Assembly: GCA_027064305.1 (NCBI GenBank)
Contig: JAMOPY010000050.1
Span: forward strand, 1-25,094
Reading direction: 5' to 3'
DNA from: Methanobacteriota archaeon
GTDB lineage: Archaea > JAADCQ01 > Methanopyri > Methanopyrales > Methanopyraceae
DNA length: 25,094 nucleotides
Shown: one piece after another, positions 8,008 to 17,053 of the stretch
Layout of the letters: every line of letters begins with the position of its first letter
Numbering within the stretch: position 1 is the stretch's first letter
Notes under the pieces: generated by a model
What the model saw: only the letters and a program-made list of their open reading frames with translations
Database searches by the model: none
Told to the model about the DNA's origin: nothing
Position numbers and translations under genes: made by a program

Positions 8008-8670
8008 ATGCACCGGGTAGAGGAGGTCGACGCGTCGGAGGACCTGTTGAAGGTGAACGAGAACCTGGCGAGGGACGTGCGGGAGCACCTGGACGATCAC
8101 GGGGTTCGGGCCGTCGAGTTCCTGGGTTCGATCGGCTCCGGCAAGACGTCGATCATCGAGTGGATCATCCGAGAGTACGGGGACGAGTACTCGTTCGCCG
8201 TGCTCGCCGGGGACGTGGTGAGCGAGTACGACGAGCGGCGGTTCAGGCGCCTGGACGTGCCGGTGGTGGGGCTGAACACCGGCCGGGAGTGCCACCTGGA
8301 CGCGCACCTGGTGCGGCACGGGCTGGAGCACCTGGAGGAGGAGACGGACCTGGACGAGATCGACGTGCTGTTCATCGAGAACGTGGGGAACCTGATCTGC
8401 CCGGTGGACTTCCCGGTCGGGGCGCACGAGCGGGTGGTGGTCGTGTCGGCCCCGGAGGGCGAGGACGTGGTCGGCAAGCACCCGATGATCATCCGGGAGG
8501 GGGACGTGCTGGTCATCAACAAGGTGGACCTGGCGGAGCCGTGCGGGGTCTCGGTGGACCGGATGGTGGAGACGGCGCGGGAGATCAACCCGGACATCGA
8601 GGTGTACCGGACGAGCGTCAGGACGGGGGAGGGGCTCAGGGAGCTGGCCGAGCGGTTACTCCCCGCCTGA
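8008..8670 (+). CDS. hypB: Hydrogenase nickel-incorporation GTPase HypB
   Basis: GSIGSGKTS, TGRECHLDA, FIENVGNLICP, NKVD and S..TGEG. Confidence 0.96.
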   Translation: MHRVEEVDASEDLLKVNENLARDVREHLDDHGVRAVEFLGSIGSGKTSIIEWIIREYGDEYSFAVLAGDVVSEYDERRFRRLDVPVVGLNTGRECHLDAHLVRHGLEHLEEETDLDEIDVLFIENVGNLICPVDFPVGAHERVVVVSAPEGEDVVGKHPMIIREGDVLVINKVDLAEPCGVSVDRMVETAREINPDIEVYRTSVRTGEGLRELAERLLPA

Positions 8671-9066
8671 CTCCTCTTCCTCCTTCTCGATCAGCACCGC
8701 GTTCACGACCGGCTCCTGACCGGGCCGGTTGGTGACCTTCGCCAGCCCGATCTCCGTCCGGATGATGGCTCCCTTGGTGATCACCCCGTGCCGCTCGTAG
8801 TACTGCGAGGCCGGGTTCTTCACCACCTCCAGGATGCGGACGTTCTTGACCTCGCCCGTCTCGGGGTCCGCGACGTTGGCGTGCGTGGCGAACTTCAGCC
8901 CCTGCTTGACGTTGCCACCCATGCCGCGGCGCTCGCGCAGCCGCACCTCGTCCCCGACCAGCGTCTCGGTGGGCGGGTTGCCCATCTCGAATTTCCGCTT
9001 CTTCCGGTGCGGCCGGATCCTGCCTCCCGTCGGCTTCCGCAGCGACCTACCGTGCCACACACCCAT
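8656..9066 (-). CDS. rps8e: 30S ribosomal protein S8e
   Basis: GRS.RKPTGG...HRKKRKFEMG, ITKGAII.TEIG.AKVT.RPGQ...VNAVL. Confidence 0.97.
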   Translation of the reverse strand: MGVWHGRSLRKPTGGRIRPHRKKRKFEMGNPPTETLVGDEVRLRERRGMGGNVKQGLKFATHANVADPETGEVKNVRILEVVKNPASQYYERHGVITKGAIIRTEIGLAKVTNRPGQEPVVNAVLIEKEEEESGGE

Positions 9067-9127
9067 CCGCTCGCACCCCCGGGCCCGCGGGTGAGTCGGG
9101 GTAAAAAAGCTGCCGGGGGACGGGACC

Positions 9128-10123
9128 GTGTCCGAGGTGCGCCGCGAGCACGGCGCCGGCGGGGAGCTGATGGAGGAGCTGCTGCGGGAACTCCTGCCTC
9201 AGATCTCCCGGACCGGGGAGGGCTCGGTCACGCTGGAGGACCTGGACGACGGGGCCACGTTCCCGGCCGGCGAGGGCGAGATGGTCCTCACCACGGACGC
9301 GCACATCGTGGACCCGCCGTTCTTCCCCGGCGGGGACATCGGCCGGCTCGCGGCGGCCGGCACGGCCAACGACCTGGCCGTGATGGGGGCGAAACCGGTC
9401 GCGTTCGCCTGCTCCCTCGTCGTGCGGGAGGGGTTCCCGATCGAGGATCTGAAGCGCATCTACCGGTCGATCGACGAGGTGCTGAAGGAGGTGGACGCGC
9501 ACCTGATCACGGGCGATACGAAGGTGGGTGACACGGGCGAGGTGGACGTGATCGTGACCATGACCGGGGTCGGCCGGGTGGTGCGGCTCGTCCGCGACTC
9601 CGGGCTGCGGCCCGGCGACGTCATCCTGGTCACGGGGACGATCGGCGACCACGGGATGACGATCCTAGCGGCCCAGCAGGGGCTGGAGACGGACCTGGAG
9701 TCCGACGTGGCCCCGGTCTGGGAGGCGGTCGAGGCGGCGCTCGAGGTGGGCGGCGTCACCGCGATGAAGGACCCGACCCGGGGCGGGCTGGCGGGCGCGC
9801 TGAACGAGATGGCGGAGAAGTCGGGGGTCAGGATCGTCATCGAAGAGGAGCGGATCCCGATGCGGGAGGAGGTGCGGGTCCTCTCCGAGATGCTCGGGGT
9901 GGACCCGCTGCACGTGGCCAACGAGGGTAAGGCCGTGATCGGGGTCCGGGAGGAGCTGGCGGAGGACGTGCTCGAGGCCGTCCGGTCGACGAGCGTGGGT
10001 AGGGACGCGGAGATCATCGGACGGGTGGAGGAGGGCCCGCCTCGGGTCGAGATGGAAACGGAGGTGGGCGGAACCCGGATCGTGGAGAAGCCGGTAGGGG
10101 ACCCGGTGCCCCGGGTGTGCTAG
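9128..10123 (+). CDS. hypE: Hydrogenase maturation carbamoyl dehydratase HypE
   Basis: HGAGG, TTD..IVDP.FFPGGDIG.LA..GT.NDLAVMGA, GDTKV, MKDPTRGG, ANEGK and C-terminal PRVC. Confidence 0.96.
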   Translation: MSEVRREHGAGGELMEELLRELLPQISRTGEGSVTLEDLDDGATFPAGEGEMVLTTDAHIVDPPFFPGGDIGRLAAAGTANDLAVMGAKPVAFACSLVVREGFPIEDLKRIYRSIDEVLKEVDAHLITGDTKVGDTGEVDVIVTMTGVGRVVRLVRDSGLRPGDVILVTGTIGDHGMTILAAQQGLETDLESDVAPVWEAVEAALEVGGVTAMKDPTRGGLAGALNEMAEKSGVRIVIEEERIPMREEVRVLSEMLGVDPLHVANEGKAVIGVREELAEDVLEAVRSTSVGRDAEIIGRVEEGPPRVEMETEVGGTRIVEKPVGDPVPRVC

Positions 10124-10836
10124 CGTTGCGGGTGAGCCTATCACCCAGGGCGCGTCGGGTTTGGGATCACCTCACCGGGGGCCGGATGGGGCTGGAGGAG
10201 GCGCTCCGGAGAGCGACACCGGAGGGCGTGGAGGAGGTCCGGGCCCTGGGCTGCCGCCGGTCCGTGGGCGTCGTGCGCCGGGTAGACCAGCTCTGGGTCG
10301 TGGTCAAGGGGAACGAGCGGGAGGCGCGGGAGCTGGAGGACCGGCTGATCGATCTGCTCTCCAAGGTCACGGGGGAGCGGAGGATGGGCTGGGGAGGCCG
10401 CGTCTTCCTCCGGGTGACCGCGGTCGGGGACTTCGAGCGACCCGAGGCCGTCCGATCGACCCTGGAGCGTCGGTGCCTGGCGTGCACGGCGGTTTCGGGG
10501 GCGCTCGCCCTACTCGAGGCCGCGTGGCACCCGCTGAACTCCTCCCTGTACGCGGGGATCGCGATCGTCTCCGCCCTGTCGGGGTACCTGCTGCCGTGGC
10601 GGTCCGGGTCCTTCGAGCTGATGCGGGAGTGCCTGGGGGAGGGGGGCCGGTTGACGGCCCTGGTCTCGACGGCGATGGCGTCGTTGACCTTCGCCGGGCT
10701 GGGACTCGCGTTCGCACTCCTGGAGGCCGGGGCGGGCCTGCTGGGGCTGATCCTAACGGCCTGCGGCGTCGGCGTGGTCTCCGTCCGGTTCCTGGACCGG
10801 GTGAACCGGGAGCTGGTGCGGGCCGGAGGTAGGTGA
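10117..10836 (+). CDS. Hypothetical protein with a soluble N-terminus and about 4 C-terminal hydrophobic helices
   Basis: 239-aa ORF overlapping the hypE stop, with a hydrophobic C-terminal half. No family recognised; start uncertain. Confidence 0.55.
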   Translation: MLALRVSLSPRARRVWDHLTGGRMGLEEALRRATPEGVEEVRALGCRRSVGVVRRVDQLWVVVKGNEREARELEDRLIDLLSKVTGERRMGWGGRVFLRVTAVGDFERPEAVRSTLERRCLACTAVSGALALLEAAWHPLNSSLYAGIAIVSALSGYLLPWRSGSFELMRECLGEGGRLTALVSTAMASLTFAGLGLAFALLEAGAGLLGLILTACGVGVVSVRFLDRVNRELVRAGGR

Positions 10837-10844
10837 GGGGAGGA

Positions 10845-10905
10845 CCGGTCAGACCCGACAGCGGTCCTCACGCGGGCTCGGTTGGAAAGGTGCTCATCAT
10901 ACCGG
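10845..10905 (-). ncRNA. Box C/D methylation-guide sRNA (dual guide)
   Basis: The minus strand reads ccggt-ATGATGA(C)-GCACCTTTCCAA-CCGA(D')-gcccgc-GTGAGGA(C')-CCGCTGTCGGGT-CTGA(D)-ccgg. It has two 12-nt guides and a terminal CCGG/CCGG stem, and is intergenic. Confidence 0.88.
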
Positions 10906-10914
10906 GCAGGGTTG

Positions 10915-11616
10915 TTAGAGCTCGTACGACTCGCCGGGCTCCAGGATCACGACCTCCGTGTCCACGTCGAGCCGCTCCACCTCCCGCTTGAACTCCTCCG
11001 GGTCCTGCTCGATCGGCGGGAACGTGCCGTAGTGCATCGGGATCGCCACGTCCGGCTCGATCAGCTCCACGGCCTTCGCGGCCTCCTTGGGGCCCATGGT
11101 GAACCGGCTGCCGATGGGCAGCAGCGCCACGTCCGGCTCGTAGAGCTCACCGATCAGCTTCATGTCCATGGACAGGCCCGTGTCGCCGGCGTGGTACACG
11201 GTGCCCTCCTCGCCCGAGACCACGTAACCCACCGGGGTGCCGCCGGCCACGATCTCCCCGTCCTCCACGATCTCGGACGAGTGCCAGGCGGGCACCTGGG
11301 TGATCTCGAGCCCCTCCACCTCGATCGTGCCGCCGATGTTCATCTCCTCGACGTTCTCAACGCCCTGATTCTGGGCGTGGACGGCGATCTCGTAGATCCC
11401 GACCAGGGTCGCCCCGGTTCGCTTGCAGATGTCGATGGCGTCACCCAGGTGGTCCGAGTGCCCGTGCGTGACCAGGACCAGGTCGGGCTCCACCTCGTCG
11501 GGCGACTTGGCCGCCTTGGGGTTCCCGCTCAGGAACGGGTCGATCAGCACGGTGACCCCGTCCAGCTCGAGCTCGAAGGCGGCGTGACCCAGCCACGTGA
11601 TCTTCATCCTCGGCAT
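10915..11616 (-). CDS. UPF0173-type metal-dependent hydrolase (metallo-beta-lactamase fold)
   Basis: KITWLGHA, LIDPFL, THGHSDH, AWHSS, YHAGDT, LLPIG..FTM and IPMHYGTFP. Start at ATG 11616 or 11607. Confidence 0.9.
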   Translation of the reverse strand: MPRMKITWLGHAAFELELDGVTVLIDPFLSGNPKAAKSPDEVEPDLVLVTHGHSDHLGDAIDICKRTGATLVGIYEIAVHAQNQGVENVEEMNIGGTIEVEGLEITQVPAWHSSEIVEDGEIVAGGTPVGYVVSGEEGTVYHAGDTGLSMDMKLIGELYEPDVALLPIGSRFTMGPKEAAKAVELIEPDVAIPMHYGTFPPIEQDPEEFKREVERLDVDTEVVILEPGESYEL

Positions 11617-11674
11617 CCCCGGAACCACCGTTCTCGAGTTGAGAATAAAAGTTCACCGAAGCGGGAACCAGAAA

Positions 11675-11695
11675 CGTTATGGATCTCATAACGAT
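11675..11695. repeat. Palindromic element in the tRNA-Tyr 3' trailer (copy 1 of 2)
   Basis: CGTTATG-N5-CATAACG. On the tRNA strand it reads ATCGTTATGAGATCCATAACG, starting 6 nt after the CCA. 17/21 identical to 19097-19117. Confidence 0.75.
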
Positions 11696-11701
11696 CTTCG
11701 G

Positions 11702-11779
11702 TGGTCCGGCCGCCGGGATTTGAACCCGGGACCACGGGATCTACAGTCCCGCGCTCTAGCCAGACTGAGCTGCGGCCGG
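11702..11779 (-). tRNA. tRNA-Tyr(GTA), intron-less, CCA encoded, C at position 8
   Basis: Acceptor CCGGCCG/CGGCCGG (C1-G72), A73, CCA. D-arm GCTC/GAGC. Anticodon arm CGGGA-CTGTAGA-TCCCG. T-arm CCGGG-TTCAAAT-CCCGG. Position 8 is at nt 11772. Confidence 0.97.
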
Positions 11780-11805
11780 TTCCCCGGGCGCGGGATCACG
11801 GCAGC

Positions 11806-11815
11806 TATATAAAAA
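11806..11815. promoter_or_regulatory. TATA box, likely for tRNA-Tyr (minus-strand TTTTTATATA) and possibly bidirectional
   Basis: The only AT-rich tract between the divergent tRNA-Tyr and VanW-like genes, about 27-36 nt upstream of the tRNA 5' end. Confidence 0.65.
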
Positions 11816-11862
11816 TGTATCGGACATCCCGCCCGGGGGGAGACGCGCGTGGGAAAAGGCCG

Positions 11863-13053
11863 GTGACCCCATCGACGAGCGCCGTCAACCCCTGGGACCG
11901 GCTGAGGAGGCTGCCCGAGTGGATGCGGAGCGTCGGGTACGCCAAGTCCGTGCCGGTGCTGCTGGCCATCGTCATCGGGGTGGGGCAGGCGGTCGGCCAC
12001 CTCTCGCTGATCTCGCTGCCGGACAGGCCGCACTACCGGGTCCGCAACGGTGACACCGTGTGGGGCGGGCAGCGAATCATCAGCGTCTACTCCCTACCCT
12101 GGTACAGCGCCTGGGCGCACCCCGAGTACGCCGACCGGGCCTTCCGCGAGTACGGGACGCCGGCGGTGCTCTCAGCCGTGTTCCTTGGCGTCGTCCCGTC
12201 CCCGGCCGAGGTCTGGGTGCACGGGGACTACCGGGTGCAGGGAGGCTGGATCGTCGCCGACTACCGGGGGCCCGGGGTGGCCCTGGTCCGCGACGGGCAC
12301 CTGCACGTGAAGCGGCCCGGACTGGTGGTGTGGGGCCGCAAGGTGCCGAAGGTGGTGGCCGTTAAGGTGGGCGAGAACGAGGTGGAGGTCAACGGTCGTC
12401 GGATGTCGATCGACGAGGTCGCGCGCCGGTACGGTGAGGACAAGGTGAGGTTCCTGCGGGAGGCCGGCGTCGGCGAGCGGGCGGTGCTCGTGTCCGAGCT
12501 GCGGTTCACCGACGGTCGCCGACCGATGACGGAGGGGGAGGTGCGGAAGGTCTTCGGGGAGCGGGCGTACCGGAGGATGATGGAGATGGCGGATCAATCG
12601 GCGGTGGTGGTGTGGATCGGCCGGTACCGGAAGAAGCTGATCGGCGAGGCGGAGACGACCATGGAGGGGATCGGTGAGCACGACGACATGCGCCTCCGGA
12701 ACGCCGTCCGGATGTGCCAGGGCTGGAACGGGGTGATCGTGCCACCGCACACCTGGACGCACGGGAAGCGCCAGTACTTCGACGTGTTCGAGGTGCCCGG
12801 GTACAAGAAGGCCGCGCACGGCTGCTGCCCGCCGGCCCGGGCGCTGCGGGACGCCTGCCTGAAGGCCGGGCTGCCGTGGCCCCGAGGGATCGGTCCCGGG
12901 ATCCACCCGATGGAGTACGAGTACCACCCGACCGAGGGGGTGATCGTGTACAACAACAAGCCGTACCCCATCCTGATCGAGATGGGGTTCAAGGGTAAGC
13001 CCGAGATCGGTGGCACCATTTACTGCCGCATCTACGCGCTCCTCCCCGCCTGA
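11863..13053 (+). CDS. Membrane-anchored hypothetical protein with a C-terminal VanW-like domain
   Basis: N-terminal hydrophobic segment VPVLLAIVIGVG. C-terminal WNGVIVPP, AHGCCPPARALRDA and VIVYNNKPYPILIEM resemble VanW motifs. The ORF-track start at 11701 overlaps the tRNA, so GTG 11863 is chosen; start uncertain. Confidence 0.6.
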   Translation: MTPSTSAVNPWDRLRRLPEWMRSVGYAKSVPVLLAIVIGVGQAVGHLSLISLPDRPHYRVRNGDTVWGGQRIISVYSLPWYSAWAHPEYADRAFREYGTPAVLSAVFLGVVPSPAEVWVHGDYRVQGGWIVADYRGPGVALVRDGHLHVKRPGLVVWGRKVPKVVAVKVGENEVEVNGRRMSIDEVARRYGEDKVRFLREAGVGERAVLVSELRFTDGRRPMTEGEVRKVFGERAYRRMMEMADQSAVVVWIGRYRKKLIGEAETTMEGIGEHDDMRLRNAVRMCQGWNGVIVPPHTWTHGKRQYFDVFEVPGYKKAAHGCCPPARALRDACLKAGLPWPRGIGPGIHPMEYEYHPTEGVIVYNNKPYPILIEMGFKGKPEIGGTIYCRIYALLPA

Positions 13054-13074
13054 TTTTTCCCCGGGGGAGGGTCG

Positions 13075-14010
13075 GTGAGGGATGCCCTGGGCCGTCGCGT
13101 CGACAGCGTTCGCGCGACGCTCACCCTCCGGTGCAACATGAACTGCGTGTACTGTCACCGGGAGGGCGAAGGGCGCTCGGGCCGGGAGCTCACGTGTGAG
13201 GAGTGGGTGCGCGTGCTCCGGGCCTGCGCCCGGCTGGGCCTCCGTCGGGTGAAGTTCACCGGCGGCGAGCCCACCCTGAGGGAGGACCTCCCCCGCATCA
13301 TCGAGGGCATCCGGAACCGCTTTCGGGACGTGTCCCTGACCACGAACGGGAGCCTGCTGCGCCGGAGGGCGGACGAGCTCCGGGAGTCGGGTTTGGACCG
13401 GGTTAACGTCAGCCTCGACACGCTCGACCCGTCCCTGTACAGGATCATCACCCGGTCCCGGTACTCTCCGAGGGAGATTCTGCGGGGGATCGAGGCCGCG
13501 ATCTCGGTCGGGCTGACCCCGGTGAAGGTGAACGTAGTACTCTTCCGGGAGACGCTTGAGGGCCTTCGGGAGCTCGCGGAGGAGCTGACCGACGAGTGTG
13601 GGTGCGCGAGGCTGCAGCTGATCGAGCCGATGCTGGACGCTGAGGTGGGGATGCAGCCCGCGACGGTGCGGGAGGCGCTTCGGGAGCTTTCGGATTTGAA
13701 ACCAAGGCTCGTACGAGTTAGGAAGTTCCAAAACAGGAGCGTGTATCGACTTGAGAATGGGGTTACCATTGAGGCTATAAAGCCGAAATCCGGGGAAATG
13801 TGCCGGGCGTGCTCCAGGATCAGGATAACGCACGATGGGAGGTTTAAGGGGTGCATCCTGGGTCGGCCCAGGAGGCTACCGGTGGACAGCTATCGGGCCC
13901 TCCTGAGCGCCCTCCGGCGGTACATTCGGGAGCGTGACGACACGATGTCGGGGAACCGGCGGCGGGGGGTGAGGGGTGGCCGTGCCCGGGGTCGACGAGA
14001 CCTACCGTGA
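13075..14010 (+). CDS. moaA: GTP 3',8-cyclase (radical SAM, molybdopterin biosynthesis)
   Basis: D.LGR....R.TLT.RCNMNCVYCH.EG, KFTGGEP, TTNG, RVNVSLDTL, VKVNVV and C-terminal CRACSRIRIT.DG.FKGC. Confidence 0.9.
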   Translation: MRDALGRRVDSVRATLTLRCNMNCVYCHREGEGRSGRELTCEEWVRVLRACARLGLRRVKFTGGEPTLREDLPRIIEGIRNRFRDVSLTTNGSLLRRRADELRESGLDRVNVSLDTLDPSLYRIITRSRYSPREILRGIEAAISVGLTPVKVNVVLFRETLEGLRELAEELTDECGCARLQLIEPMLDAEVGMQPATVREALRELSDLKPRLVRVRKFQNRSVYRLENGVTIEAIKPKSGEMCRACSRIRITHDGRFKGCILGRPRRLPVDSYRALLSALRRYIRERDDTMSGNRRRGVRGGRARGRRDLP

Positions 14011-15361
14011 GGCCGTGGAGGTCGTGCTGAGGACGATGGTGAAGGCGGAGAAGGTCAAGCCGACGCAGTACGCCCGTCGGCTGGTGCTGAAGGAGGTGAA
14101 CCCCTCCCGCGAGGCCCGCTCCATCTCCGCGGGCATGCTGTACACGATCATGCAGAAGCGGGGACTGCTGGACGAGATCGTGACGGACGTGCTGGAGCTG
14201 GCGGACGACGTGGCGGACCTGGATCGATGGGTGCGCAACGCCTGCCGGATCGCGGCCAACGAGGTCGTGTTCGAGGGTAAGGACGCGCGGGAGGTCGCGG
14301 AGGTCCTGCACGATCTCGTCCGGAGGCTGGACAACCCGGGCGCCGCGGCCATCGTGAAGGCGTTCACCCTGGACCTGGAGGGGTACGAGCCGCCGGAGCC
14401 GGAGGACGAGCTGGACCGCCTTAAGTGGGAGTACTACCATCCTCGGTGGCTCATCGAGCGCTGGCTGGAGATGCTGGGAGACGAGGAGGAGGTTCTGCGG
14501 CTGCTCGAGGCCAACAACACCGAGCCGCCCCTGTGCATCCGCGTGAACACGCTGAAGATCGAGCCGAAGGAGCTGGCGGAGCGCCTGGAGGAGAAGTACG
14601 GCGTGACGGTCAAGCCCGGCCGGTTCCTGGAGGAGATCCTGCGCATCCCGGAGGGGCTCCCAATCGCGGTGATGGACGAGTGGGACGAGGGGCTGTTCGT
14701 CGTCCAGGACGAGGCGGCCGCACTCGCCTCCGCCGTCCTGAACCCGAGGCCCGGGGAGGTGGTGGTCGACCTGTGCGCGGCCCCGGGCGGGAAGACCACG
14801 CACATGGCGCAGCTCATGGGTTGCGAGGGTCGGATCATCGCCATCGACGTCGACGAGACCCGCATGGACAGGCTGGTGGAGATCGCGGACCGGCTCGGGG
14901 TCCTGGACTGCATCGAGACGCACCTGATGGACGGCCGGGAGGCGCCGGAGGAGCTCGGTGAGGAGTTCGCCGACGCCGTCCTCGTGGACCCGCCCTGCTC
15001 CGCCGACGGGACGATTCGGAAGAACCCGGAGCGACGGTGGAGGATCACCCCGGACGAGCTCGAACGGCTTCCCGATTTCCAGCTGGAGCTGCTGGAGGCT
15101 GGGGCTCGGCTCGTCAGGCCCGGGGGCCGGCTCGTGTACTCGACGTGCTCGATGTTCCCGGAGGAGGACGAGGAGGTCGTGCGCCGGTTCCTGGAGCGTC
15201 ACCCGGACTTCGAGCTCATCGACGTGGACGTCGGGGACCCCGGGTTCGACATGCCGGAGGCGTGCCGGCTCTTCCCGCACCGGCACGACACGTGCGGGTT
15301 CTTCATCGCCCTCCTAGGACGGACGGGACGGGGTGAGGCCCGTGCGGATAGCGAGGCCTAA
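13976..15361 (+). CDS. RsmB/NOP2/Sun-family RNA m5C methyltransferase with an N-terminal NusB-like domain
   Basis: [39 protein letters not shown] and PH.H...GFFIA. Confidence 0.9.
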   Translation: MAVPGVDETYREAVEVVLRTMVKAEKVKPTQYARRLVLKEVNPSREARSISAGMLYTIMQKRGLLDEIVTDVLELADDVADLDRWVRNACRIAANEVVFEGKDAREVAEVLHDLVRRLDNPGAAAIVKAFTLDLEGYEPPEPEDELDRLKWEYYHPRWLIERWLEMLGDEEEVLRLLEANNTEPPLCIRVNTLKIEPKELAERLEEKYGVTVKPGRFLEEILRIPEGLPIAVMDEWDEGLFVVQDEAAALASAVLNPRPGEVVVDLCAAPGGKTTHMAQLMGCEGRIIAIDVDETRMDRLVEIADRLGVLDCIETHLMDGREAPEELGEEFADAVLVDPPCSADGTIRKNPERRWRITPDELERLPDFQLELLEAGARLVRPGGRLVYSTCSMFPEEDEEVVRRFLERHPDFELIDVDVGDPGFDMPEACRLFPHRHDTCGFFIALLGRTGRGEARADSEA

Positions 15362-16595
15362 GGGCACCCGGGACTTCGAGCCCGAGGAGATGCGGGCGCG
15401 ACGGTGGCTGGAGGGGTTCCTGCGGGAGCGCTTCCGCTCGTACGGGTACGAGGAGGTACTCACCCCGACCTTCGAGCACGCCCGGCTCTTCGAGGAGAAG
15501 TCCGGTGAGGAGATCCTCGAGGAGATGTACGTGTTCGAGGACAAGAAGGGCCGCCGGCTGGCCCTCCGACCCGAGATGACGGCGCCCGTGGTCCGCATGT
15601 ACAACGACTCGCTGAAGACCCGGCCGCACCCGCTCAAGCTGTGCTACTTCGTGAACTGCTTCCGGTACGAGCAGCCCCAGCGCGGTCGGTGGCGGGAGTT
15701 CTGGCAGGCGGGGGTCGAGATCCTAGGCTCCTCCGAGCCCGAGGCGGACGTCGAGGTGATCGAGCTCACCCACGGGATCTTCGACGACCTGCTCCCGAGC
15801 GACGCCTTCGAGACCCGGGTCGGCCACCTCGGCATCCTCCGGGGACTCCTAGAGGAGCACGGGATCGGGGAGGAGCGGCAGAACCGGGTCGCGCACCTGG
15901 TGGACAAGGGCGAGCTGGAGGGAGTCCGAGAGCTCCTGCCCGAGGATGTGACGGAGCGCGTGCTGGGGATCGTCACCGCGGAGTCCGTGAGCGAGGTGGA
16001 GGAGGCCATCGCCGGGGCCGAGCCGGCCGAGGAGGCGCTCGAGAACCTGCTCACGATCTCCGACCAGCTGAAGGAGGCGGGCGTCGAGCACGAGCTGGAC
16101 TTCTCCGTCGCCCGGGGCCTCGACTACTACACGGGCATGGTCTTCGAGGTGCACGTCCCGGAGCTGGGCGGGGGCTCCCAGTGCGCCGGTGGGGGCCGGT
16201 ACGACACCCTGGTTCGGGATCTGGGGGGTCCGGACGTGCCGGCCGTGGGGATGGCGATCGGGTTCGACCGGCTGCTAATGGCGCTCGAGCTCTACGACCG
16301 GGTCCCGGGGGAGGAGCTGGAGGGCACGCGCGCCCTGCTCATCCCGCTGACCCGCTCCGGTAAGGTGTGGGAGGTGGCCCGGGAGCTGCGGGAGCTGGGT
16401 TGGATCGTGGACGTGGAGGTGTCCGGTAAGAGCCTGCGGAAGGCCCTCTCCATGGCGGACTCAAAGGGGTACGACTACGCCGTGATCGTAGGGGACCGGG
16501 AGCTTGAAGGAGGGTACGTCTCGGTGAAGAACCTGGAGACGGGCGAGCAGGAGGAGGTCCCGCTGAACGAGCTCGAGCGGGCGGCGGAGGTATGA
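15333..16595 (+). CDS. hisS: Histidine--tRNA ligase
   Basis: [54 protein letters not shown] and G.AIGFDR. Confidence 0.97.
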   Translation: MRPVRIARPKGTRDFEPEEMRARRWLEGFLRERFRSYGYEEVLTPTFEHARLFEEKSGEEILEEMYVFEDKKGRRLALRPEMTAPVVRMYNDSLKTRPHPLKLCYFVNCFRYEQPQRGRWREFWQAGVEILGSSEPEADVEVIELTHGIFDDLLPSDAFETRVGHLGILRGLLEEHGIGEERQNRVAHLVDKGELEGVRELLPEDVTERVLGIVTAESVSEVEEAIAGAEPAEEALENLLTISDQLKEAGVEHELDFSVARGLDYYTGMVFEVHVPELGGGSQCAGGGRYDTLVRDLGGPDVPAVGMAIGFDRLLMALELYDRVPGEELEGTRALLIPLTRSGKVWEVARELRELGWIVDVEVSGKSLRKALSMADSKGYDYAVIVGDRELEGGYVSVKNLETGEQEEVPLNELERAAEV

Positions 16596-17026
16596 GCGGG
16601 TTCGAGCCCCCGCTGGACGAAGAGGCCGCGCGACGCCTGGCCTCCCGGCTCAATTACCGGTTCGAGATTAACGGGGAGCCCCTGGTCGTGGTGGTCACGC
16701 AGGACGTGGAGTCCGGCAAGGTGCTCATGACCGCGTTCGCGAACGAGGAGGCCGTGTACCGTACGCTGGTGACCGGATACGCCCACTACTGGAGTACCTC
16801 GCGGGGAGAAATCTGGAAAAAGGGAGAGGACTCGGGACACGTGCAGCGAGTTCGGGAGGTCCGCGTGGACTGCGATGAGGACGCCCTGCTCTACCGGGTG
16901 GAGCAGGAGGGGGGAGCCTGCCACCGGGGCTACGAGACGTGCTTCTACCGGCGCGTCACCCGGGACGGCCGCCTGTCGGTCGTGGAGGAGCGGGTCTTCG
17001 ACCCCGATAAGGTCTACGGGCGTTGA
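16592..17026 (+). CDS. hisI: Phosphoribosyl-AMP cyclohydrolase
   Basis: [25 protein letters not shown] and GACH.GY.TCFYR. Confidence 0.96.
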   Translation: MSGFEPPLDEEAARRLASRLNYRFEINGEPLVVVVTQDVESGKVLMTAFANEEAVYRTLVTGYAHYWSTSRGEIWKKGEDSGHVQRVREVRVDCDEDALLYRVEQEGGACHRGYETCFYRRVTRDGRLSVVEERVFDPDKVYGR

Positions 17027-17053
17027 AAAGGCGCAAGGGATGGTGTGCTCATC

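Noticed and set aside
11701-11862. N-terminal extensions of ORFs 11701..13053 and 19045..20424
   Set aside because: They run through tRNA genes or a TATA box, so downstream starts are more plausible.
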